64,000 bases of DNA, from IMG/VR virus record IMGVR_UViG_3300037400_003633, positions 22,560 to 86,559 of that record; one strand, 5' to 3'. A program made the translations under genes and the position numbers. Positions 55,410-64,000 of the stretch are shown piece by piece (positions within the stretch are counted from its first letter, which is position 1; each line of letters begins with the position of its first letter). The notes below the pieces were generated by a model that searched no databases, was not told where the DNA came from, and worked only from the letters and a program-made list of their open reading frames with translations. The DNA is from a virus. Lineage: Duplodnaviria; Caudoviricetes.

Positions 55410-55724
55410 TTATACAAGTATTTCGTTTCTGACCTTCACCATTTTTTTCTTCTTGTCATCCCAAACCATATCAACAGCAGTTACTCTAATTCCGTGTTCT
55501 TTACAGAATTTGAGTTCTTCATCACTAATGTCATCATCATTACTATAATGACGGTCATCTTCCAAATCAGAGTCCTCTAAATAATCATACAAAGATTTGT
55601 TTTCGCCTTCGTATGGGGCAATAACAAGAGGAAGTTCGTATTTTCCGTTTTCCTCTGGAACTACGCACAACCCATACTTCTCACAAAGAGCTTTTAGCTC
55701 AGTTATAAAATTTTCTTTTTTCAT
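55410..55724 (-). CDS. hypothetical acidic protein
   Basis: ORF track; promoter 55780. Confidence 0.75.
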   Translation of the reverse strand: MKKENFITELKALCEKYGLCVVPEENGKYELPLVIAPYEGENKSLYDYLEDSDLEDDRHYSNDDDISDEELKFCKEHGIRVTAVDMVWDDKKKKMVKVRNEILV

Positions 55725-55846
55725 ACGTTATTATATAAACTACTTGGGTCTAATTGTATATAGTTGCCTAAATTTTTTGCAAAGATACATAAAAAAAATG
55801 GAATAACAAAGCGTTACCCCATTTTTTTAAGTTTTTTTAAAGCTGA

Positions 55847-56329
55847 TTACCAACCCATTGTCTCCCACCAGTGAGTCTCACCGATGAACTCCTTATTCAT
55901 TGGAGGAGGACAGCCGAGTGGCTGACGGATAGCCTCACACTTGGTGATAGGCTGGTCACCCTTCTTTGCCATTCCACGAGCGATGCAATCCTGACCTGCC
56001 TCAACGAACTTGTCGAATGCAGCGTGGTCGCTCTCGAACTGCCAACGATGTGCGTAATCCTCGCAACGTGGCTCGTCAATCTCGAATGCTGCGCCAAAGC
56101 GCTTGTTATCACATGCAGGTGTTCCTGCGATTCCCCACTCACCTGGAGCTGGTGCGCAAGCTGGTCTCTGAGGAGCACAAGGCTTGCAAACTGGTCTTGG
56201 AGCTGGACGTGGAGTCCACTGCTTCCTACATGGCTCTGGCTTCTCAAATACCTGTGCGATAGCCTCGCCAATCTTCTCTGCTACGTCACCAAACGTAGGT
56301 ACGCCAATAACAAAAATTTTTGTTTCCAT
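55847..56329 (-). CDS. Pro/Cys-rich hypothetical protein
   Basis: ORF track; promoter 56386. Confidence 0.75.
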   Translation of the reverse strand: METKIFVIGVPTFGDVAEKIGEAIAQVFEKPEPCRKQWTPRPAPRPVCKPCAPQRPACAPAPGEWGIAGTPACDNKRFGAAFEIDEPRCEDYAHRWQFESDHAAFDKFVEAGQDCIARGMAKKGDQPITKCEAIRQPLGCPPPMNKEFIGETHWWETMGW

Positions 56330-56433
56330 AACTGTTTTAATAAAAAGTTTCTTTAGATTGAAATCGTTTTCTAGTGTTTACAGTGCAAAGATATATATTT
56401 TTTTTCGTATTTCCAAATTTTCCAATAACTTTT

Positions 56434-56835
56434 TTATCTTCCACGATGAAAATGTCCTCCATGTGCGCTGTGATGTTGTGGTCTTCCAGTGTAACCACCA
56501 CGCTGTATACTATGATGTGGCGATGTATAGAATCTGTGACTAACTGTAGGTCTATGCCTATAGAAATATCTTGGAACTGGTCTATAATGCCTAGGTGGTA
56601 ATGGCTTTGCATAATGTCTGAAGTACCAACAATTATTATAGTAGTATGGATAGTAGAACATATCACGGTATACATAATACATTAGTAAGCCACTAGTATT
56701 ATAATAAGGTGTACCATATGAAATAACAACAGATGTGTCAATTTCATCATCAACTTGTGCGTATGCTGTTGTTACGCAAGAGGTAAGCGAGAAACACATT
56801 ACCAAGCCTAAAATAAAACTAATAATCTTTTTCAT
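56434..56835 (-). CDS. putative lipoprotein
   Basis: MKK + hydrophobic stretch + LTSC lipobox; Tyr/His/Arg-rich tail. Confidence 0.65.
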   Translation of the reverse strand: MKKIISFILGLVMCFSLTSCVTTAYAQVDDEIDTSVVISYGTPYYNTSGLLMYYVYRDMFYYPYYYNNCWYFRHYAKPLPPRHYRPVPRYFYRHRPTVSHRFYTSPHHSIQRGGYTGRPQHHSAHGGHFHRGR

Positions 56836-56985
56836 AAGCCATCTATTTTTTCTATAACTAGTGCAAAGATATGTGCTTTTTTCCTAAAATACAAGTGCAT
56901 ACATAATATTTAGGGATTTTCCAAGTACATTTAGGGAATCCCCTATAACCTATAGGCAATTATACTGAGAAACAAAAAAAGGAGC

Positions 56986-57417
56986 TTAGTCAGCTCCCTT
57001 TTTGTTATAGTGTTCCATAACCTTTTTCAAATAACCATTTGTTCCTTCTACAGTGTAGCCAGGTCCTCCGTTCCATATTCGAATCGCCTTCTCTACATTG
57101 TTGGACTTGTTGTAATAAGTTTGAATCATTACGAACATTTCCTTTGACTTCTCAACGTTGTACCTATCTGCTAGTGTATAACGTTTTTTAGATTTCTTGG
57201 CTCTGAGCCAAATGTTGCATTGTTTCACCAGTCCTGGTGTAATTTGTAGGATTCCAGCGCAATTTCCATTTGTGTTAAATGCTTTTGGGTTTCCTTCACT
57301 TTCAACTTGTATGATGGCATTAATTACTCTAGTCCAATCATACGTTTCCTTTTGTGCCATGACACTAATTGGAAGCATCAAAAGCACTGTTAAAATTAAT
57401 TTTTTTAGTCTCATCAT
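56986..57417 (-). CDS. lytic transglycosylase / lysozyme-like protein with signal peptide
   Basis: AIIQVES.GNP.A, GILQI, AIRIWNGG..Y. Confidence 0.75.
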   Translation of the reverse strand: MMRLKKLILTVLLMLPISVMAQKETYDWTRVINAIIQVESEGNPKAFNTNGNCAGILQITPGLVKQCNIWLRAKKSKKRYTLADRYNVEKSKEMFVMIQTYYNKSNNVEKAIRIWNGGPGYTVEGTNGYLKKVMEHYNKKGAD

Positions 57418-57430
57418 CTTTTAATTTAGT

Positions 57431-57503
57431 TGAGGCTCGTATGCAGTATGCTGCACCGATACGGTGACGATATGTGAGAGAGAGTTACGTCACACTATCC
57501 TCT
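57431..57503 (-). ncRNA. putative three-way-junction RNA leader
   Basis: GAGG/CCTC, GTGACG/CGTCAC, CGTA..TGCAG-CATA-CTGCA-TACG. Confidence 0.45.
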
Positions 57504-57518
57504 TATTATTAAACTTAC

Positions 57519-57911
57519 CTACTTTCCTACATTCTTCAAGAAATCATAGTTCGTGAGGTTTCCAAGCTTCAGTTTTGGCGACTTCATGTACCAATCCTTT
57601 GCTATCTGTAGGAATAATCCTTTTCTTTCTAATTCGTTAGCTACTAATCTGTGATAATTTTCTTCATGTTCAAGCATGTCAACAACATCATCAATCCATA
57701 CTGACTGGTCAGATGGTATCCCGTTGTTGAGTTTTATGAATACACCAAAGTTACCCATAGTTCCACCTGGGTTTGATTTACCCAAGAGTCCCTGAGTAAA
57801 GTTATTATCCAGGAACTTTTTAACCATGAGTACCTTGTCGCTATATGATTCGTTGATAATCTGTTTCCTAACAGTATCAAAAGCTCTTTCAGATAATATG
57901 AATTTCTTCAT
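57519..57911 (-). CDS. protein with ILSERAFDTVRKQIINES motif
   Basis: ORF track; TATTTATA upstream. Confidence 0.8.
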   Translation of the reverse strand: MKKFILSERAFDTVRKQIINESYSDKVLMVKKFLDNNFTQGLLGKSNPGGTMGNFGVFIKLNNGIPSDQSVWIDDVVDMLEHEENYHRLVANELERKGLFLQIAKDWYMKSPKLKLGNLTNYDFLKNVGK

Positions 57912-57938
57912 TTTACAGTATACATTATACTATAAATA

Positions 57939-58502
57939 TCATTCAAGAAGCTTTTTGTTAAACGGTAGCATATAAAATACCGCATCTGGTATTCTAAACA
58001 GTTCTACGAATCCAAGCCTTTGCCAGTATGAATGCGTTCTGAGGTCAATCTCAACTGCAATCCAAATGAGGTCATAGTTTTGTGCAAGGAATTTGAGGTT
58101 ATACCATAACATCTTCCTGTCAAGCCCAGTGCCTCTAAGTCTCTCGTCAATGACGAATGAATGACCATTTATCTGGCTAAAGTTGTCCAAAAAGTCAGAA
58201 ATACCTTTCTCTACCATGAGTATTGGACTGCCTACCTTAATAGGATATTCACAGAATATTAGTAGTCCATATATTTCATCAGTTTCCTTGTCAACTAGCT
58301 TTATTGACTCATCAAGTCTAGCTCTAGACTGGATTAACTGCTGAAGTGCCTCCTCAGGAGAATACATGTCAAACGCTTTTGACAATGTGTGGCATATTAC
58401 CACCAGGTCTTCTGTAGTGGTCTTCCTTATTTCGACCCTTTCTAACAGCTCGTCTTTGGTTAAATAGTTGTCTACGAGCTTGTTACATAAATTTATTCCC
58501 AT
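57939..58502 (-). CDS. GNAT family acetyltransferase
   Basis: FVIDERLRGTGL acetyl-CoA motif, YWQRLGF. Confidence 0.75.
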   Translation of the reverse strand: MGINLCNKLVDNYLTKDELLERVEIRKTTTEDLVVICHTLSKAFDMYSPEEALQQLIQSRARLDESIKLVDKETDEIYGLLIFCEYPIKVGSPILMVEKGISDFLDNFSQINGHSFVIDERLRGTGLDRKMLWYNLKFLAQNYDLIWIAVEIDLRTHSYWQRLGFVELFRIPDAVFYMLPFNKKLLE

Positions 58503-58651
58503 AAAAAAATAAACTTACAAGTGCAAAGATACGAAAAAAAATTGAAATAACCAAATTTTTTCGTAAAAAACTGCTTATTTTTCCAAAAAAGGGAGGCAAA
58601 TTCTAGATTCACCTCCCATAAAAGAACGGTATTAACAAAATATTTAAAAAA

Positions 58652-59260
58652 CTATGAGTAATCAACTATTTCGTTTTTTTTAGTTTTACGTCGTTTTCTT
58701 GCATATTCTCTTATTTTATCTTTGTTGGCTTCACACCACTTCCTATGTGATTCTTTCTTTTTTTCTTTGTTAGCCTCATACCATTTTTTCTGGTATTCTC
58801 TATCATATGCTTTTTTATTTTCTGAATGTTCAGTGAAATAAGCTTTTATTTTCTCCCTGTTCATTGAGTAATACTCCCTCTGGTACGCTTTTTTGCTGTC
58901 TTTATTGGACTGGTAGTATTTTTTTCTATGCTCTTTCATTTCATCATCAGTATATACACGATGTTGATTTCCAATTTGTCCGCCACATAATTTGTTCAAG
59001 ACGTTGTATTTATCATCATTCCTGTAATGGCTAATCCAAAACTTTTCACGTTCAACTCCTTCCTCGACTGTTAGGTTACTCTCTATTATCACCATCTTCG
59101 GATGTTCTACGTGATGTTCATGACTGAACTTGTATGTCCTCTCACTTTCTCTAGTCTTGTGAGCATAGTGCCTACTTTTCGGGTTTTTTGTTCTACCAAC
59201 GTACACCGTATTAAACTCTTCCCATAGGTAAATGTAAATGTTATCAAGCTTTTCCTCCAT
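58652..59260 (-). mobile_element. GIY-YIG homing endonuclease
   Basis: IYIY...VYVGRTKNPKSRHYAH, E...I..Y....LN; basic repeat tail; start corrected to ATG 59260. Confidence 0.75.
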
Positions 59261-59333
59261 AATAATATCTATTTTAGTTATAAATACCACGATGAGAGGA
59301 AAAGTCTACAAATTTAAAAAATTATGAGATGTC

Positions 59334-61862
59334 TTATACAATTTCTACTTCATCACCAGAACAAGAAGCGCTGAAGGCGTAATTTGCTGGATAATCATTA
59401 GAGAGCATAAGGTCTGTGATTTTATCTTCAAGTTCTGTCTGTATAAGCCTGATAATCGGTCTTGCTCCAAATTCCTTCTTCTCAAGCGCTTTTGCATGAA
59501 TATGTGTCACAACATCATCACTATATATTATACTATATTCTAATGACTTAAGTCTATCATTAAATTTATTAATCTCTAATTTAACTATATCTCTTAGATT
59601 ATCCTCTGATAAACTATTAAAATATACTATTTGGTCCAATCTATTAATGAACTCTGGAGTAAATTTTTTCTTTAACTCTTTATCTATAATAGATTTCTTA
59701 TTTGATTCTTCACTGCTTACAAATCCAAGTCCATTACCAAGCTCTGCTGCTTTTCTAGCACCGATATTAGATGTCATGAGCACAATTACATTCTTGAAGT
59801 TAACAATTTGTCCAGCACTATCTGTAAGCCTTCCTTCGTCGAACAACTGCAAGAATATGTTGTATACTTCTTGGTCTGCCTTCTCTATCTCATCAAGTAG
59901 TAATACACAGTGCTGCTTATTTTTTACAGCCTCAGTAAGCTGTCCTCCGTTTTCATAACCAACGTATCCAGGTGCTGCACCAGTAAGTTTTGCCACTGAG
60001 TTTTTCTCTGAATACTCAGACATATCAATTCTGATAAGCGCTTTCTTATCTCCAAATATTTCTTCAGCTAGTTTCTTGGCAATGAGTGTCTTACCACTAC
60101 CAGTAGGTCCTACCATTAGGATATTTGCCATAGTTTTTGCCTTATCTCCAAGACCAACCTTATTCCTCTTTATTACCCTACAAACGCTATCAATAGCCTC
60201 ATCTTGACCAACAATACTTTCTTTAAGTGTCTTGTCAATAGTTGCAATCTTAGCCTTTTCGTTGGCAGATAATTTGCTTACTGGTATCTTGGTTATTTCT
60301 GATACAACGTCTGAAATATTATCTTCATTTATCTCTATCTCGTTTATTTTCAACTTCTTGATATCCCTCTTATAATCAGCAAGGTCTGATGCAAGTACGT
60401 TTTCTTCAATTGTTAAACTATCAATCAGCTCGAAATCTCCATTATTGAGGGCATTATACTTTTCAGCTTCAATTTCCTTCATTCTCTTCTTGGTGTTCTG
60501 AATCTCGATTGGTTCTCTGTCTATTAGTGAAGTTCCAGCGCCAGCTAGGTCAATCAAGTCAAATGCTGAATCTGGAAGGCATCTGTCTGACATATATCTC
60601 TCAGCCAGTTCTATTGCCTTTCTAATACTCTTCTCAGTGTAAGTAACATGATGGAAATCCTCATAATACCTCTTATTCTGCATAAGAATTTCAAATGCTT
60701 CGTCAGCAGTGTTTGGCTCAATTATTACCTTCTGAAGTTTTCTTGAGATAGATGTGTTATTTTCAATGGAATTTCTATAGTCTTTGAAAGTGGTTGTTCC
60801 TATTACCTTTAATTTTCCATCAGCAAGAGCACCACTAATCATTCCTGATATATCAGTGTCCTTATCCTTACTTCCATTCTTCAGAACATTGTGTATATCA
60901 TCGATGAATAAGATGTATTTGTCAGTTTTTTGAAGTTCTGTAAATAATCCATTAATTCTTTCCTCGAACATTCCCCTGAAATGAGTTCCGCTAACAAGTG
61001 CCATGATGTTAAGCATAACAATCTGTTTCCCCTCAAGGAATGATGGGACTTTTCCTTCCTCTATCAAATTTGCAAGACCATACACAATTGCTGTCTTACC
61101 GCAACCACCGTTACCAACAAGAACTACATTGTTTTTCTTTCTCCTTGCAAATGCCTTTATTATGGATTTTATTTCATTTTCTCTTCCAATGATGTCATCA
61201 ACTTCACCATTTTTAGACTTGATATTGATGTTTGTGGTGTACTTTGTAACAAATTCCCCATCAGCACCACTACTTACGCTAGCCCCAGCATTTACGCTGC
61301 TCTTCAATGGTATAGCCCCATTGTCGTTTTTTAGCTTCTTTGGTTTAATCCTGTTAGGTCTTTTTGGTTGCTCTTCTATTTCTCCTGGAGAATAGCTACA
61401 TTTCTCATATATGAAATTATATTCAAGTCTGAACTTATCAAAAACTTCTGCATTTTTAAAATTGTTTTCTTTGTTTAATACAGCAAGGAGAACATGCTCA
61501 GTACCAATTTCGACATTTTTCATCTTGTCTACCTCATCCTTTGCACAATTCAAAAGTCTTACAAGTTCGTCTCCGAATATTGCATTTTCTTTATTAGCTT
61601 GGGGTCTCATATGAGCCTCTATAACAGAAACATAAACCTTCCTCAGTTCCTCTATGTTATTTGACATTAGGCAATTGTCAAGTATAAGGTTCGCATGGCA
61701 GTTCCTTACGTCCAACATAGACAGAATAAGGTATTCTGGCGTTAATACTTCTGTTGGAAATTCGTTGATTAGAGTGTCTGTCATATATGTCATGACCTCA
61801 CTCATTTCTAATGTGTAAATGTTTTCCTTATTTTTACTCATAATTTTTTGTTCTATATTCAA
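59334..61862 (-). CDS. clpC: ClpC/ClpB-type AAA+ chaperone
   Basis: Clp N-domain (TEHVLLA), GNGGCGKT, LFIDDIH, UVR-like middle coil, GPTGSGKT, RIDMSEY, GARPI. Confidence 0.9.
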   Translation of the reverse strand: MNIEQKIMSKNKENIYTLEMSEVMTYMTDTLINEFPTEVLTPEYLILSMLDVRNCHANLILDNCLMSNNIEELRKVYVSVIEAHMRPQANKENAIFGDELVRLLNCAKDEVDKMKNVEIGTEHVLLAVLNKENNFKNAEVFDKFRLEYNFIYEKCSYSPGEIEEQPKRPNRIKPKKLKNDNGAIPLKSSVNAGASVSSGADGEFVTKYTTNINIKSKNGEVDDIIGRENEIKSIIKAFARRKKNNVVLVGNGGCGKTAIVYGLANLIEEGKVPSFLEGKQIVMLNIMALVSGTHFRGMFEERINGLFTELQKTDKYILFIDDIHNVLKNGSKDKDTDISGMISGALADGKLKVIGTTTFKDYRNSIENNTSISRKLQKVIIEPNTADEAFEILMQNKRYYEDFHHVTYTEKSIRKAIELAERYMSDRCLPDSAFDLIDLAGAGTSLIDREPIEIQNTKKRMKEIEAEKYNALNNGDFELIDSLTIEENVLASDLADYKRDIKKLKINEIEINEDNISDVVSEITKIPVSKLSANEKAKIATIDKTLKESIVGQDEAIDSVCRVIKRNKVGLGDKAKTMANILMVGPTGSGKTLIAKKLAEEIFGDKKALIRIDMSEYSEKNSVAKLTGAAPGYVGYENGGQLTEAVKNKQHCVLLLDEIEKADQEVYNIFLQLFDEGRLTDSAGQIVNFKNVIVLMTSNIGARKAAELGNGLGFVSSEESNKKSIIDKELKKKFTPEFINRLDQIVYFNSLSEDNLRDIVKLEINKFNDRLKSLEYSIIYSDDVVTHIHAKALEKKEFGARPIIRLIQTELEDKITDLMLSNDYPANYAFSASCSGDEVEIV

Positions 61863-61910
61863 AATATAATAAAAATGTTCGATAAATCAAGCATTTTTGT
61901 TAAAAGAAAA

Positions 61911-61942
61911 TTTGCTTTTTTAACATTTTTTATATATCTTTG
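61911..61942 (+). promoter_or_regulatory. Bacteroidota sigmaA-type promoter
   Basis: TTTG 61911, TATCTTTG 61935. Confidence 0.75.
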
Positions 61943-61961
61943 CAAAAAATAGTTAAATGCT

Positions 61962-62177
61962 ATGGAAGAGTTATTGTTTGATAAGATTATGAATGGCGAG
62001 TCATTGGTAAAAGATGTACTGAAAACTGATGGTGTAAGTTCTATCAGAGATAATAATGGAAAGTCATATTGGTGGAACACCATTGATAAAGCAAAGAAAT
62101 ATCGAGTTAGAAAGTATGAATATGATAGAGCACTACAAGATTATTCAGTTATTTCTTATGAGATAGAAGAGTTATAA
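61962..62177 (+). CDS. hypothetical protein
   Basis: ORF track. Confidence 0.7.
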   Translation: MEELLFDKIMNGESLVKDVLKTDGVSSIRDNNGKSYWWNTIDKAKKYRVRKYEYDRALQDYSVISYEIEEL

Positions 62178-62199
62178 TTACAAATAAATTTAATAAAAA

Positions 62200-62712
62200 A
62201 TGAGTAAAGTATTCAATTTGTATACAAAGGACAAAAACGGTAATGACATTGACAGAACTTGGTATTTATCTAGTAATATTAAGTATAGTGAATGTGTTGA
62301 CCGTGACAACGAACTTAAAGTATTGAGAATTGTGTTCAATAATGCAACTCAATATGAATACAAGGATGTGGACGTGTCTCAATATTTGCTTTTTAGGGAT
62401 TCCGAATCTCAAGGTAAAGCATTAAACCAGTACATTAAGCCAAAAGGTTATGCCTACGAAAAATTGGAGAATGCAGACCTTGCAACTCTTGACGGTGAAC
62501 TCAACTTCAGGGTTGAGGGAGGTGTGTTCATCAACTATGATGGTAAGAAACTTATTGCTAGGGATAACAAGGATAATGTTATCTTTGAGAAAGAAACCAA
62601 GACTGACAGAGAAGGACTTAATAATATTTGTGGTGTTCTTACTGCTGTTGGTAAAGATGTAAAACTAATCACTACGGAGGAATTTGACAATGGAGAAAGC
62701 GGAGAGGATTAG
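62200..62712 (+). CDS. KTSC-domain protein
   Basis: SSNI....Y......L.IVF.N...YEY.DV......F..S.SQGK..N..IK. Confidence 0.7.
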   Translation: MSKVFNLYTKDKNGNDIDRTWYLSSNIKYSECVDRDNELKVLRIVFNNATQYEYKDVDVSQYLLFRDSESQGKALNQYIKPKGYAYEKLENADLATLDGELNFRVEGGVFINYDGKKLIARDNKDNVIFEKETKTDREGLNNICGVLTAVGKDVKLITTEEFDNGESGED

Positions 62713-62977
62713 ATTGTATGAGAAAGCCATAAACAAATGGGGAGTTGAAGCCCAGAGAAATATGGCATTTGAGGAACTTGGTGAACTCAACACCATTCTA
62801 GCAAGAGATAGAAGGGGTAGAGCAACCAAAGAAGAGATTTTAACTGAACTAGCTGATGTTACCATTATGTGTGAACAGATGGCGGTCATTCTTGGGTTTG
62901 AAGACTATGAAAAGGAGTTGGATAACAAATTAATAAGACTAAGGGATAAAAAACTTAAATTAAATGATAATAATTAA
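62684..62977 (+). CDS. MazG-like NTP pyrophosphohydrolase
   Basis: EELGEL...ELADV.IM..Q. Confidence 0.75.
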   Translation: MTMEKAERIRLYEKAINKWGVEAQRNMAFEELGELNTILARDRRGRATKEEILTELADVTIMCEQMAVILGFEDYEKELDNKLIRLRDKKLKLNDNN

Positions 62978-63221
62978 AATTTTGGGAGCTATATTGGTTG
63001 CAATTGGTTTATTCTTAACAACCAATATTTTATCAAGTAAAATTAATAAAGGAATAGGTTGGGCATTATCATCTTTAGGTATGTTTTTATTTTTTGCCTA
63101 TGGCATGATATGTGGAAATATGATTTTTGCATCGCTCAGTTTATTATTTGCAATTGTTAATGCATATTTTTCTGTAGATTATTTCAAAAAAAGACAAAGA
63201 GTAAATGGGTATAATAATTAG
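62964..63221 (+). CDS. small multi-pass membrane protein
   Basis: three hydrophobic segments. Confidence 0.65.
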   Translation: MIIIKILGAILVAIGLFLTTNILSSKINKGIGWALSSLGMFLFFAYGMICGNMIFASLSLLFAIVNAYFSVDYFKKRQRVNGYNN

Positions 63222-63762
63222 TTCATTTCCTGGGTGTGGTAAGAGCTATCTTATGAATACTCATGGAGATAAAGCAAAGATGCTTGATGCGTTTACTCCA
63301 GAACTGGTTGGTGATAGCGGTGATGGTGGATATGACTACAACGTATGGGTTGACAAGATAATGAATGTGGTTGATGAATATGACATAGTATTCGTTCCAG
63401 TTGCAGAGAAAATGCTTGAAACATTGAATAAGAGGGAGATTGACTATGACATTTTTTATCCATCAAAGGAAAGACGAAAGGAGTTCCTAGAGAACATGGT
63501 TAGGAAAAGAGCCTTTAGTAATGACATTATGATGCTTGACAGGGACTTTGACAAGATTGTTGATAGAATTGATGCAATCGAGTCTGATAATTGTTATAAG
63601 CATAAGATGGAAGAACCTGGTCACTTCATTGGTAATGATGCTGCTATCATGCAGTACGTAAATAACATAAATAAAATACAAAACAGCAATGAGCAGAAAT
63701 CTGGCGAAAGAGTGGAAGAATCTCCACGAAGTGAAGAGAATAATGAAGAAAATGAGGCGTGA
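63205..63762 (+). CDS. P-loop NTP-binding protein (kinase-like)
   Basis: IISSFPGCGKS. Confidence 0.7.
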   Translation: MGIIISSFPGCGKSYLMNTHGDKAKMLDAFTPELVGDSGDGGYDYNVWVDKIMNVVDEYDIVFVPVAEKMLETLNKREIDYDIFYPSKERRKEFLENMVRKRAFSNDIMMLDRDFDKIVDRIDAIESDNCYKHKMEEPGHFIGNDAAIMQYVNNINKIQNSNEQKSGERVEESPRSEENNEENEA

Positions 63763-63847
63763 AATGCGTGAACTTGATAAGATGATGGCAACCGCATGGC
63801 AGGAAGTATGCCAACCAGCAAATAATTATTGATAAATCATAATTTGC

Positions 63848-64000
63848 ATGAATAATGTAGATAAACAATATTTGTCACTCCTATCTGATATAATGGAGAA
63901 TGGAGTTGAAAAGGAAACAAGGGCGGGTGCTGTTAAATCAGTATTCGGAAGGCAAATGAGGTTTGACCTTAAGGAAGGTTTTCCACTGCTTACAACTAAG
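63848..64000 (+). CDS. thyA: thymidylate synthase, N-terminal part (runs off window)
   Basis: translated by hand: [51 protein letters not shown]. Confidence 0.9.
   Translation, partial: MNNVDKQYLSLLSDIMENGVEKETRAGAVKSVFGRQMRFDLKEGFPLLTTK

Larger units (their letters stand above)
306..58531 (-). promoter_or_regulatory. minus-strand Bacteroidota sigmaA-type promoters
   Basis: CAAAnnTA on + at 306, 36587, 41474, 45814, 50058, 51007, 55780, 56386, 56864, 58524, each upstream of a minus-strand ATG. Confidence 0.8.
41537..59286. promoter_or_regulatory. TATTTATA (coding strand) putative late promoter boxes
   Basis: + copies at 41537, 41941 (also 29569, 10452); minus-strand copies (TATAAATA on +) at 44368, 48172, 57931, 59279; each shortly upstream of an ATG. 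Confidence 0.65.

Noticed and set aside
48245-61862. Inteins in the helicase or ClpC
   Set aside because: Motif spacing is continuous; no C-terminal HN-C/S/T splice signature or large insertion was seen
63764-63830. 22-codon ORF between the P-loop gene and thyA
   Set aside because: Too short, with no recognisable motif; could be a remnant but unsupported
550-63868. Numerous opposite-strand or out-of-frame ORFs in the track (e.g. 550..822, 946..1350, 48318..48827, 55871..56356)
   Set aside because: Shadow ORFs fully overlapping better-supported genes, without promoter or leader
1-64000. Alternative genetic code (TAG read as Gln, as in Lak and some crAss-like phages)
   Set aside because: Long conserved genes are intact in code 11, and several genes end cleanly at TAG before a terminator, motif or next start (6006, 17309, 20033, 22278)

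Overview
Segment of a large lytic dsDNA (jumbo-type) phage of a Bacteroidota host, read in standard code 11. No capsid or terminase genes lie in this window, so the assignment rests on promoter type, gene content and organisation. (1) 0.5-27.1 kb is a co-oriented early/accessory region of about 60 mostly small genes in cassettes, each headed by a near-identical Bacteroidota sigmaA promoter (TTTG-N19-21-TAnnTTTG, about 27 copies) and an A-rich leader. It holds a DUF932 protein, a Gp88-like protein, a solo HicA-like protein, tRNA-Leu(TAA), two tRNA-like RNAs with broken anticodon arms, an SF1 helicase and a truncated sigma-70 factor. Non-coding blocks at 22.3-23.0, 25.5-26.4 and 27.1-27.5 kb carry repeats, CCAGT clusters and long hairpins (origin or terminus candidates). 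(2) 27.6-64 kb is more AT-rich: three homing endonucleases, a PRTase, a 1.4-kaa BACON/LRR/GH2 protein, an RNA ligase, a nucleotidyltransferase, a Thg1-like protein, phosphoesterases, dNMP kinase, thioredoxin, a second helicase, ClpC, a transglycosylase and the start of thyA. The most striking unexplained structure is a family of at least eight terminator-capped U-rich segments after stop codons or tRNA-like RNAs. Their reverse complements read as A-rich leader + ATG, and several could pair with start regions of this phage's own genes, making them candidate anti-initiation small RNAs. All family assignments come from motif recognition by eye; no searches were run.
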